Shown piece after piece: positions 37,274 to 46,246 of a stretch of 64,000 nucleotides of DNA. The notes beneath the pieces are model-generated. The model saw only the letters and a list, made by a program, of their open reading frames with translations, ran no database searches and had not been told where the DNA came from. Each line of letters begins with the position of its first letter. Positions within the stretch are counted from its first letter, which is position 1. Where the stretch lies: positions 3,005-67,004 of the forward strand of contig DATDGI010000158.1 in assembly GCA_036522155.1 (NCBI GenBank), in the 5' to 3' direction. Source of the DNA: Streptosporangiaceae bacterium. GTDB lineage: Bacteria > Actinomycetota > Actinomycetes > Streptosporangiales > Streptosporangiaceae. A program made the translations under genes and the position numbers.

Positions 37274-37576
37274 ATGAACGCATCCAATGACAACACTGCT
37301 CCCAAAGGCCTGCGCGGGCGGTGGGCATCTCCCCCGCGATCCGGCATGCAACGCATAATCGCGCCATGGGAGTACCGCCACCTGCGCTTCTGGGCAGGCG
37401 TACGCATTTGCGCTGGTATCGTCTTGGCCGGCCTTGGCGCCGTTACGCTCGTGGGGGGTTCCTTCACAACGAAGGCTGTCGTGTGGGCGATGCTCTTCCT
37501 GGCGGCGGCGGCGGCAAGCTTCGCGTGGGCCGCTTGGGACCTGGCTATCGCTCGTTCCGCATCTGCCCGAACCTGA
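37274..37576 (+). CDS. Small two-TM membrane protein (hypothetical)
   Basis: ATG with GGGAG 9 nt upstream. FWAGVRICAGIVLAGLGAVTLVGG and VVWAMLFLAAAAASFAWAAW helices. No family recognised. Confidence 0.4.
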   Translation: MNASNDNTAPKGLRGRWASPPRSGMQRIIAPWEYRHLRFWAGVRICAGIVLAGLGAVTLVGGSFTTKAVVWAMLFLAAAAASFAWAAWDLAIARSASART

Positions 37577-38002
37577 GCCCTGCGCGACTCGCACTGGGCC
37601 TGGCGGGTGCTAGACGAGCTGGCTTCGGAGCCGAAGGCCAAGCGCACCCACCTGAGCGCACGCGCATCGAAGAGCAGACACCGCCCGTGCCACATCCCGT
37701 GCCAGAACCGGGCTGGCCAAAGGTCGAGCGGGCAGCAGTCTCTCGCCAGCACCCGCCAAGACCGAGTAACCAAGTGAGTAACGATGGTCGTCACCAGCGG
37801 CGGACGCCAGCGGACGCCAGTGGACGGCACTTCGCAGGTCAGACAGGCTGCTGCCCTGGCTGGCCGTCTGGCTACTTGGCTTCGGGACGAAGAAGCCGCC
37901 GGTTGAAAGCGGAAGCAGTGCAGCACCAAAGTGCAGCAACCAGACCGGCCCTGCCAGTCGGTCAATGTCATGTTCGAGCACTGACCGACTGGCCAGCCGC
38001 GA

Positions 38003-38524
38003 TCACCCGAAGCGGTTAGGGCCGGGGGTGCCTTCCATTACGGTGAGGACGAGGAGCCAGATGCCGCCGATGAACGGCACGAAGGCGATGAAATACCAGA
38101 ACCCGGACTTGTCCTGGTCGTGCAGGCGGCGGATGGTCAGCGACAGGCTCAGGAGGAACGCGGCGACGGCCGCGGCCAGGTACAGCAGGATGCCGAGGAC
38201 CGGGACGTGGACGGCCGAGAAGATGGCGGCGAGGATTAGTACGCCCACCCAGCCGATCAGTTCCGCCAGGGCGAACCACCAGTAGGCCGACCGTGACGCG
38301 CGGCCTTTGTACTCGAAGATGTTCTGGAACGCCAGCTTGATCGCGTCGGTGAAGCCGACCGGGCCGCCCTGCAGGTAACCGCGCGGGCCGTCGGCGGGCG
38401 CGTAACCTCCCTGCTGCTGCGGGTAGGGGGCGTAGCCGCCGCCCTGGGGTGGTGGGTAGCCGCCTTGCGGAGCGTTGCCGCCCTGCTGCTGACCAGGGTC
38501 GTAAGGGCTGTGGGGAGTACTCAC
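38003..38524 (-). CDS. DUF805-family membrane protein with Gly/Pro/Gln/Tyr-rich N-terminus
   Basis: YKGRASRSAYWWFAL...LSLTIRRLHDQDKSGFWYFIAFVPFIGGIWLLVL is the DUF805 signature. Confidence 0.8.
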   Translation of the reverse strand: MSTPHSPYDPGQQQGGNAPQGGYPPPQGGGYAPYPQQQGGYAPADGPRGYLQGGPVGFTDAIKLAFQNIFEYKGRASRSAYWWFALAELIGWVGVLILAAIFSAVHVPVLGILLYLAAAVAAFLLSLSLTIRRLHDQDKSGFWYFIAFVPFIGGIWLLVLTVMEGTPGPNRFG

Positions 38525-38877
38525 GTCTTACCTCAGATTCCCCGTTCGGTGTCCGATGGACAGAGCAAACTGATTCTGTAGGCGTTTGAGCTGCCCGCGC
38601 AACACAATCCTCACATTGCTGCCTTTAAAGGTGCTCAAGTGAGGTGCATTGTCATAGTTTGCAACATTTTGCTTATGGTAGGAGCTCTGACCCGTTAGTT
38701 ACCTGGCCACGGTAACACCTTGTCCGGGCTGCTGGCGCTGGCCACCCGGTTGGCCCATGACATCGTCGGTCCCGCGAGCTGATCCTCGTCATGGCGGTGA
38801 CATTCGTCTCGCTCGCATGCCGTCGACTCCCCGCCCATGGAGCGGAAGGTCATCGGTCTCCGGTTACAGAGGTCAGC

Positions 38878-38895
38878 TGCTAACGCTGTGCTAAC
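38878..38895 (+). repeat. Two TGCTAAC direct repeats (candidate arm-type sites), distal arm of the element
   Basis: TGCTAAC at 38878-38884 and 38889-38895, in the same orientation as the pair at 31569-31587. Confidence 0.45.
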
Positions 38896-39001
38896 AACGG
38901 TTGTGGACACGTGGGGTCAATCCTGGACGCCGAGATGCCCGGGCAGGTCATCTGGCCTGATCAGGTGGCCTGTGGTGGACTCACCTGCACTAGCCAAGCC
39001 T

Positions 39002-39045
39002 CCTGAAAAGCGGAAGGTCGGCGGTTCGACCCCGCCCCTGACCAC
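39002..39045 (+). repeat. att repeat 2: exact 44-bp copy of the tRNA-Phe 3' part
   Basis: CCTGAAAAGCGGAAGGTCGGCGGTTCGACCCCGCCCCTGACCAC is identical to 31474-31517 of the tRNA. Confidence 0.88.
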
Positions 39046-39228
39046 AAGTCAACTAGCAACCTGCGGTCCTTTGACCAGTGCAAACGCAGGTTGGAACTCT
39101 GGCCCGTCGAACTCGGCAGGTAACCGCTGGTGCCCGTTGGTGACCGCATTCAGCCGGGCACTGGGGCACGCGGGGGGCACGGCTGTCCACTCGATGCCAA
39201 CTGCATCGTCGGACGGGCATAGAGGCCG

Positions 39229-39780
39229 ATGATGATCGATCTCGATCCGTCTCTTAGCCGCTACTGCCTGCTTCCCCTTCTCTCGGCTCGGGGAGCGTGG
39301 CTGGACTCTCTCTCTGCCGTGTCCACCACTACCATCAGACCCATGGCTCTGGATGCAGATGACGTGGCCGCCGGAACTGTCCGCAAGGAAGTAGCGGGGT
39401 GGCTCGCGGGTGAACTTCATGATGTCGCTCAGTTGGCCAGGACCGAGGAAGACCTTCGAATAGCGGCTGAGGCGAAACTCCGAGAAGCGCTGGCCAGGAT
39501 TGGTGTCACGACAACTCCCAGCTACGAAAGAACGTATGCCGATCATGGGGGTCGAGCGGATGCAGTATACGGCCGCGTCGTTATTGAATACGAAGCAGTC
39601 GGAGCGTTGGCAACTAACAGCGGTGTTTAGCATGCGGCGGAACAGCTTGAGCGGTATCTACGAGCCGAAGTTGAGGGTGCCAGCGGGTTCGATGCACTGA
39701 AACGGGTGGTCGGTGTCGGACTTGACGGTCACGAGATTTTCTTTCTTCGGTTTCGTGTCCTATTGCAGCGACCTGAAGGC
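39229..39780 (+). pseudogene. Remnant of a restriction-enzyme-N-terminal-like (HSDR_N/PD-(D/E)xK-like) gene with an in-frame TAG
   Basis: ...GRADAVYGRVVIEYEAVGALATNSGV*HAAEQLERYLRAE...VVGVGLDGHEIFFLRF. ORFs 39229..39630 and 39706..39903 share a frame and are separated by the TAG at 39631. The family call is tentative. Confidence 0.35.
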
Positions 39781-40360
39781 GGTCACCAGCAGGTGGTTTT
39801 ACGCTCCAGTGTTTGCCGCTGCAGCTGTTGTGGCCATGATGGTCGCAGGGTGCGCACCGAGCAACTCCGGACCTACCAGCACCGGCAGCCACCCGGCGTC
39901 TAGCGCGCCGGCTGCCAGCCATTCATCAGTGCCAGCGTCACAGCGATCATCATCCAGCCAGCCCGTGGCTGGTGGCGGTAGTTCTTCGGACGCGAAGCCC
40001 TGCAACCTGATGAGCACCTCGGACATCGACGCCTTTACTGGTTCACCGGTGCCGAACGCGTTGGTTTCGTCTTCTACGGCAGATTCGAACGACAACGGCG
40101 TCGACTACTCCTGCAAGTTCGAGTACTGGTCCGGTGGATCAGCGAATGCGGGAACCATGACTCTGCGCGGGATGCTCGAGTTCGTTTGCGGCCCAAGCGC
40201 CGTGGGAAACTCGGCTGTGACCTACCCCAACTCGCGATTTTTCAAGATCGGCTCGATGCCGGCCTCGATCGTCGTGGGACTGAATGGCAACAACCCCGGG
40301 ACTGTTCCAGCCTCAGTGCTCGATCGCGCTGAAAGCTTGGCGAAATCCGAAGGGTGCTAG
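39713..40360 (+). CDS. Putative secreted lipoprotein
   Basis: AAAVVAMMVAGCAPS lipobox, a Ser/Pro-rich linker, then KPCNLMSTSDIDAFTG. The real start is probably downstream of 39713. The TAG stop coincides with the IS630 target CTAG. Confidence 0.5.
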   Translation: MSDLTVTRFSFFGFVSYCSDLKAVTSRWFYAPVFAAAAVVAMMVAGCAPSNSGPTSTGSHPASSAPAASHSSVPASQRSSSSQPVAGGGSSSDAKPCNLMSTSDIDAFTGSPVPNALVSSSTADSNDNGVDYSCKFEYWSGGSANAGTMTLRGMLEFVCGPSAVGNSAVTYPNSRFFKIGSMPASIVVGLNGNNPGTVPASVLDRAESLAKSEGC

Positions 40361-41576
40361 TGCCGCTTCAGGCTACGTTTGCCCGCTCCACGATGCGGCG
40401 GAGTCGTTCGTCGTAGGCGTGGTTGTTGCGCCAGATGATGTATCGGCGGATCATGCTGGCCTGCTCCTCGTGGCTGGCGTGGTCGGTCCCGTCGAGTGCG
40501 AAGTACCGCAGCGCGGTGAACTGCGCCTCCACGCGGTTTAACCAGGACGAATTCGTCGGCGTGTAGGCGATCTCGGCGTTGTTGGCCGCAGCCCACTGCC
40601 CGACGCGGTTGTCTTTGCCGGTCGTCAGGTGCGGGCTGAAGTTGTCGCAGACGATCGCGATCTTGACCTGAGGCGGGTAGAGGGAGCGCAAGTAGCGGCA
40701 GAACTCCAGGAACCGGGCCCGGTTCTTGCGCGGCTTGATGTGCCCAAACAGTTTGTCCTCGCCCAGCTCGTAAGCGGCGAACAGGTGCCGCACCCCGGCG
40801 GTGCGGGTATAGGTGGCGCGCCGGCGGGGCCGGGGCTTGCGGCCTGGTTCCTTGTGCTTGCCGCTGACCGCCGCCCACCGCCGGCCCGGGTGGGGCTGGA
40901 GGTTCAGCGGCCCGAATTCGTCCACGCAGAAGATCACCTCTGGCTCGCCGGGCTCGGGGATGACCTCCCGGTCGGCAATCGCGTACAGGTGCTCGATGCG
41001 GGCCTTCTTGGCCGCGTAGTCCGGGTCGGTGGAGGCTTTCCAGGTCTTTACTGATTGAAAACTGACGCCCTCCTCACACAGCAGCATGCGCAGGCCCTCG
41101 TGGCTGATGCCGCGGCCACCCCCTCAGCCACCAGGAACTCGCCCAGCTTGGCCAGGCTCCAGGTGGAAAACGGCAGGCCATGCTCGGCCGGCCTGGACTT
41201 GGCGATCTTCTTGATCTCCCGCCGCTGGCCCAGCGTGAACTTCGGCGGCCGGCCACCTTTGTACTTCGGGTACAGGGAGCTGAACCCATCGGCGTTAAAG
41301 TTGTGGATCACATCGCGGACCCGGTCCTCGCTGGTGAACGCCACCTTCGCGATCCCGGCCACATCCATCCCCTGAGCCGACAGCAGCACCATCTGCGCCC
41401 GCCGCCACGTCACCACCGACCCACTGTCACGGCGCACGATCCGCACCAGCCGACGGCCCTCATCATCATCGATCTCACGCACCCGCACACGCCCGGCCAC
41501 CGGCCCAGTCTGAACGCCCGCCGTTCACCAGACCAGTGCCCAGCCCACAGGGCAAACCTGACCGGCTACGGCACTA
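40358..41576 (-). mobile_element. IS630-family insertion sequence A (with flanking TA)
   Basis: Imperfect terminal IRs (GTGCCG...GTTTGCCC at both ends) flanked by TA within CTAG at 40357-40360 and 41574-41577. HTH and DDE_3 transposase reading frames. Confidence 0.85.
40368..41500 (-). CDS. IS630 transposase A, two frames needing a -1 shift
   Basis: orfA 41048..41500 (HTH; GRPPKFTLGQRREI). orfB 40368..41087 (DDE_3; FCVDEFGPLNLQP...IVCDNFSPH...WLNRVE). The frames can only be joined within ~15 nt starting at a G5 run (plus-strand C5 at 41119-41123). Confidence 0.75.
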
Positions 41577-42822
41577 GTAGTGTGTCGCTGCTTAGTTCGG
41601 GCGTGTCTTTTGCGAGGCTGGTTGCTGGCAGATCTTCCCTTCCCCTCTGCCAGACAGGACTGTCATGCCTTCGCGGAAGAAGCGGCCGGTCACCTTGACC
41701 GCAGGTGATCGTGAGTTCTTGGTCCGGCTGACTACTACGGGTGTGCATCCGGCGTCGATGATCCGGCGTGCGCAGGTGCTGCTGGCTTTGGACACCTCGG
41801 CCGGAGTAGTCGATGAGAAGGAGGTGATCGCGGCCCGGCTTGGGGTCTCGGGCGAGACGGTCCGCCTGGTGGCCAAGCGCTTCGCCGGGACGAGCCAGGA
41901 CGTGGAGGCCACCATCGGGCGCAAGAAACGCGAGCATCCGCCGGTGCCCTCACGAATCACCGGCGAGGTCGAGGCTCGGCTGATCGCGATGGCCTGCTCC
42001 CAGCCTCCCCAGGGTCATGCCCGGTGGTCGCTGCGACTGTTGGAGAAGCACGTGGCGCTGGCCGGGGACATCCCCGGCCTGGACCACTCCACCATCGGCC
42101 GGGTGTTAAAAAAACGAGACTTCGCCCTCATCTGAAGAAGTGCTGGACCATCCCGCCGAAGGCGAACGCGGAGTTCGCGGCGCGAATGGAGGACGTGCTC
42201 AGCGTCTACGCCCGGATCTATGACCCGGGGCGTCCGGTGGTGTGCATGGACGAGAAGCCCTGCCAACTGCTCGATCACGCCCGCGACCCCATCGCGGCCA
42301 AGCCGGGGCGGGACCGCTGCGAGGACAGCGAGTACGTGCGCGGCGGGACCTGCTCGATCTTCTGCTGGGCCGGGCCGCTGCGCGGGTGGCGCCGAGTCGA
42401 CGCCCAGCCCCGGCGCACCAGGGCCGACTGGGCTCACCAGGTCGAGCGGCTGCTCGAGGTGGACTATCCCGGCGCCGAGACCGTGGTGCTGGTCATGGAC
42501 AACCTCAACACCCACGGCATCGCCTCCTTGTACGAGGCGTTCGATCCCGCGACGGCATTCGCACTCGCCCAGCGCCTGGACATCCACCACACTCCCAAAC
42601 ACGGATCCTGGCTCAACATCGCCGAGATCGAGCTATCGGTACTGACCCGGCAGTGCCTGGACCGCCGAATCGGTGACCTCGGCCTCCTCAACCGCGAGCT
42701 GGCCGCTTGGCAGCAGCAGACCAACACCGGCCAACGCCACGTTGACTGGCACTTCACCACCCACGACGCACGAGTCAAACTCCGCCACCTATATCCCAAT
42801 AGTTAGCAGCGACGCTCTACTA
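41575..42822 (+). mobile_element. IS630-family insertion sequence B (with flanking TA)
   Basis: IRs GTAGTGTGTCGCTGCT / reverse complement GTAGAGCGTCGCTGCT, flanked by TA in CTAG at 41574-41577 and 42820-42823. Shares its left TA with IS A. Confidence 0.9.
41665..42806 (+). CDS. IS630 transposase B with canonical -1 programmed frameshift
   Basis: orfA ends ...GRVLKK on an A7 run (42108-42114; TT-A-AAA-AAA-C). The -1 frame continues [15 protein letters not shown]...CMDEKPCQL...VMDNLNTH...WLNIAEIE (DDE). Confidence 0.85.
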
Positions 42823-42918
42823 GTTCGATTCGTCGGAGCCACCGCCCTCTGGTAGCTCCCGTACGTAGGCCGTGGCGAGACCGCGGATCGTCTCTGCGGG
42901 CAGTGCGCCAGCCAATGC

Positions 42919-42960
42919 CCTGACCACCTTCTGACCTGCGAGGACGTGCGCGTCATGAGT
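42919..42960 (+). repeat. Truncated att-like remnant plus flank, repeated at 50238-50280
   Basis: CCCTGACCACC (the last 11 nt of tRNA-Phe) followed by TTCTGACCTGCGAGGACGTGCGCGTCATGAGT. The same ~42 bp, with 3 substitutions, follows att copy 4. Confidence 0.7.
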
Positions 42961-42980
42961 ATGACGCCGGCTACAGGAGC

Positions 42981-43829
42981 TCATGGCGTGCCGGGCTCAG
43001 CGCGGCGCTCGGCGCCGGGAGCGGGCGGGCCGCCGGCCACGGAGCCTGGATAGCAGGCGGCCGGCGGCGCGGCCTGGCCGACCGGGGGTTTCCTGGCCCG
43101 CCGCTCCCGCCAGGAATGCCAGAGCGGCGGCGCGATCATCGCGGCGACCAGCACGCAGACGGTCGCGAACGCATACCGCGAGGCCAGGTTGGCCAAAGTG
43201 ACCCCCTCGCTGCCGAGCAGATACCCGCCGGTGGCGAGCAGGGCGGTCCAGGCGGCGGAGCCGAGCGTGTCGAACAGGATGAATGGGAGCAGCGGCAGGC
43301 CCGCCCAGCCCGCTGCGGCGTAGACGGCCGTCGAGGCGCCGCTTGGCAGGAAGGCGGCCAGCGCCACCAGCGGGCCAGCGAACCGCCTGCCCCGCGTTTC
43401 GACGAAGCTCGCCAGCGCGGCCGACCGCGGACTCCGGTGGCCGAGCCGTACCACGATGCTGTGGCCCCAGAGCCGGCCCGCCCACCAGTACACCCAGTCG
43501 AATCGCATCATTCCCGGCAGCGCCGCGGCGACCACGACGGCCAGCGGGAGCTTGCTGCCCACATCGGAGAACGCGCCCGCCGCCACGATCGAGGAGTTCG
43601 ACCCCGTGAGCAGCTCGAGCAGCACCGGGTGGGTGGCGATCAGGGCCGGGGTCAGCGGGATGGTCGCCACCGCGTAGACGGCGCTCACCACGATCGCGAT
43701 GCCACAGCACACGTCACGGGCGCGCGGGCGGCCGTGCCAGGGAACCCAGCCGGCCAAACGCGCCCGGGGGCCGCTGCCCTGCGCCTGGCCCGGCGGGCTG
43801 GGCGGCTGCGGCGGGTCCAGCGCGGTCAT
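42981..43829 (-). CDS. DedA/SNARE-associated (VTT domain) membrane protein
   Basis: Multi-TM. PGMMRFDWVYWWAGRLWGHSIV and AAFLPSGASTAVYAAAGW resemble DedA family loops. Confidence 0.6.
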   Translation of the reverse strand: MTALDPPQPPSPPGQAQGSGPRARLAGWVPWHGRPRARDVCCGIAIVVSAVYAVATIPLTPALIATHPVLLELLTGSNSSIVAAGAFSDVGSKLPLAVVVAAALPGMMRFDWVYWWAGRLWGHSIVVRLGHRSPRSAALASFVETRGRRFAGPLVALAAFLPSGASTAVYAAAGWAGLPLLPFILFDTLGSAAWTALLATGGYLLGSEGVTLANLASRYAFATVCVLVAAMIAPPLWHSWRERRARKPPVGQAAPPAACYPGSVAGGPPAPGAERRAEPGTP

Positions 43830-44428
43830 GTGGCCCCTATCCAGCTTGGTGGTGACCCCAAATTAAGCGCCAGCACCACCGGCGTCGACCCCGCCGGGGA
43901 AGGCCGGCCCGGCCCGGGCCGGCCGCCCCCGCATCACGTCCAAATCCTCGGTGCTCCTCAGCCGGCCAGCCGTAGGGCTGCTGGCGATCGCGCAGCTCCA
44001 CATCGCCATCTGGCCGGCCAGCCGGCAACAGCGACCGCAGCGTCTGCCTGTCCTCGCCCACCGCCACCTCAACGGCTTATCCAGTTCGGCGGCGGCCAGC
44101 CGTCGGGCGCGCTCGATCGTCTCCGCGGCCAGCCAGATGTGGTGCCCGACCATCCTGGTCAGCAGGTCCATAGCAGTCACCTTCGCCCGGGCGGGCAGCC
44201 ACAGGCTGCCCGGCGGTAGAAGTGCACACCGTTCGGGGCGCCGAGCTGGATCTGGCGCGGTGCCGCCCGCCACGCCGCCGCCGCCACGCCGCGCGGCCGC
44301 TACCGGGACATGTCTGCGTGTCTGGTGTCATGCGTATCCGGGTCCACCCGGCAGCCGCCCGGCGTGATCGGTGCGGGGCGCCGGAAAATCCGGCAGAGAG
44401 TGCCGGGCAGTCTGGTTAGGCTCGGCGC

Positions 44429-44809
44429 ATGGCGCGCCTTTTCCACGTCAGTTCTGCCGTGAACCGGGAGTCGATCCTGGCGCACGGCCTGGACTGGACC
44501 CGGATGGGGGCCGCTCCGGGTATCGCTGGCAGCGTGGTGCCCGAGGAGCACGGCGTGTTCTTGTGCCGGGACGAGTTCGAGGCCGGCTGGTTCGTGCAGA
44601 TGAACAGCACCGGCGGCCCGGTGGATGTGTGGGCGGTCGCGGGCATTGACGAGCAGCAGCTCATCACGGCTGGCTCTGGGTTCAGGTACCTTCCCGCCCC
44701 GATCCCGCGCAGCCAGGTCACTCTGCTGGAGCGGTCACCGGACCAGCCTGCGCCTGCCCGCCGCAGGCACCACACGAACAAACAGCAGAAGCAGCCGCCA
44801 GCCCGGTAA
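44429..44809 (+). CDS. Hypothetical protein
   Basis: Only ORF length and coding-like composition support it. No family recognised. Confidence 0.3.
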   Translation: MARLFHVSSAVNRESILAHGLDWTRMGAAPGIAGSVVPEEHGVFLCRDEFEAGWFVQMNSTGGPVDVWAVAGIDEQQLITAGSGFRYLPAPIPRSQVTLLERSPDQPAPARRRHHTNKQQKQPPAR

Positions 44810-45292
44810 GAGAACCATCGCGTCAGCGGGCTGTCCCCGGGTTGCGCGCCACCTGTGGCCGCATGGCGCGTGGCGGAGACCGGGATCACCGCCCCAGGGC
44901 GCCCTGTTCTGTGCGCCTGCGCGGCCGGCCAGCCGACCGGGAGCGACGCGCAGATCGGCGGGAGTCTGCCGGAATGGGGCGCCCAGCGCCGCGGCGCCAA
45001 AGCGCCAGGCGGGTGCCTGGTGGGCAGCTGATGAGGCACAGATGGCCTTTTGGTGCGCGCGGAGGCTACGCGGCCACGACTTGATACGGTCCCGGCAGGA
45101 TGACGCGAGCGACCGTGCTTAGGCTCACGTTCGCCGGACGCATCGCAACGTGCGCGACCCGCGGCGTCCGGATGTGTTGCCCGCCTCTGAGCCGCGGGTG
45201 GTATGGCCCTGGTGGACCAGGGATCACCTGGTTCATGAAAAGCAAGTAGGTTCAGCTGTGAATGTGACCCCTAGCCACGAGGAACGCATGCC

Positions 45293-46246
45293 GTGACGCT
45301 GGCGATTCAGGCTGAGGGCCTGGTCAAGCGGTTCGGGAAGACGCTGGCAGTGGACGGCGTCGATCTGGCTGTCCGGCCGGGCATGGTGCTGGGCCTGCTG
45401 GGACCGAACGGGGCAGGGAAGACCACTGTGGTCCGGATGCTGGCCACGTTGCTGCGGCCCGATGCCGGTTACGCCCGGGTCTGTGGCGCAGACATCGTCG
45501 CCCAGGCTGCCCGGGTCCGTGAGCTTATCGGGCTGACCGGGCAGTACGCGGCGGTCGATGAGGACCTGACTGGTTTTGAGAACCTGCTGCTTATCGGGCG
45601 GCTGCTGGAGGTTCCCCGGGCGGAGGCGAAGCGGCGGTCGGTCGAGCTGCTGGAGCGGTTCGGCCTGGGCGACGCCGCCGGGCGTTCGGTCAAGACCTAT
45701 TCCGGCGGCATGCGGCGCCGGCTCGACCTGGCTGCGAGCCTGGTCCAGCGGCCTCAGGTGCTGTTCCTGGACGAGCCGACCACCGGCCTGGATCCGCGCG
45801 GCCGGGGTGAGGTGTGGGCCATGATCAGGACGCTGGTCGCCGAGGGTACGACCGTGCTGCTGACCACGCAGTACCTGGATGAGGCCGACCGGCTGGCCAG
45901 TGAGATCGCGGTCATTGACCATGGCCGGGTGATCGCGACTGGCACTCCCGCCGAGCTGAAGGCCAAAATCGGCCGGCAGACCCTCGACGTGCGCCCGGCC
46001 GATCCGGCGGACCTGACGCTGGTCGCCGGGATCGTCACGGCCGCCGTTGGCCGCGCCCCGGCCAGGACGGAGGAGGATCCGGGCCTGCTGTCGGTCCCCA
46101 TCGATGACGCCCAAGTCCTGCCGGCCGTGGTCAGCGCGCTGCAGGCCGGGCGGATCGAGGTCACCGAGCTCGCGCTGAGGCTGGCCAGCCTGGATGAGGT
46201 CTTCATGGCACTCACCGGGCTTGCGGCGGAGGAAGGCACCCGATGA
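45293..46246 (+). CDS. DrrA-family ABC transporter ATP-binding protein
   Basis: GPNGAGKTTVVRML, YSGGMRRRLDLAASL, LFLDEPTTGLDP, plus the DrrA-type C-terminal domain. Confidence 0.9.
   Translation: MTLAIQAEGLVKRFGKTLAVDGVDLAVRPGMVLGLLGPNGAGKTTVVRMLATLLRPDAGYARVCGADIVAQAARVRELIGLTGQYAAVDEDLTGFENLLLIGRLLEVPRAEAKRRSVELLERFGLGDAAGRSVKTYSGGMRRRLDLAASLVQRPQVLFLDEPTTGLDPRGRGEVWAMIRTLVAEGTTVLLTTQYLDEADRLASEIAVIDHGRVIATGTPAELKAKIGRQTLDVRPADPADLTLVAGIVTAAVGRAPARTEEDPGLLSVPIDDAQVLPAVVSALQAGRIEVTELALRLASLDEVFMALTGLAAEEGTR

Larger units (their letters stand above)
31520..39045. mobile_element. Decayed pSAM2-type integrative element (AICE remnant) between tRNA-Phe and its first 3'-end repeat
   Basis: int (frameshifted), xis and repSA-like genes lie next to the tRNA. 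A 44-bp exact repeat of the tRNA 3' part sits at 39002-39045. TGCTAAC direct repeats occur inside both arms. No FtsK/TraB-like transfer gene is present. Confidence 0.7.

Noticed and set aside
37207-37971. 254 aa minus-strand ORF overlapping the small plus-strand membrane ORF.
   Set aside because: It has no motifs and is rich in Arg/Ala/Cys/Trp. The plus-strand ORF at least has an RBS, two clear TM helices and an upstream promoter-like region. Neither is certain.
38530-38700. AT-rich region upstream of the DUF805 gene with a CCTCAC...GTGAGG hairpin; possible small RNA or riboswitch.
   Set aside because: There is only a 6-bp stem with a 24-nt loop and no recognisable riboswitch core. It is most simply a promoter or leader region.
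43837-44273. Possible DinB/mycothiol-maleylpyruvate-isomerase-like gene (MDLLTRMVGHHIWLAAETIERA...).
   Set aside because: Only the first ~30 residues look familiar. The rest seems split over at least two frames (43863..44273 and 43837..44067), so it may be a decayed gene. The evidence is too weak to annotate.
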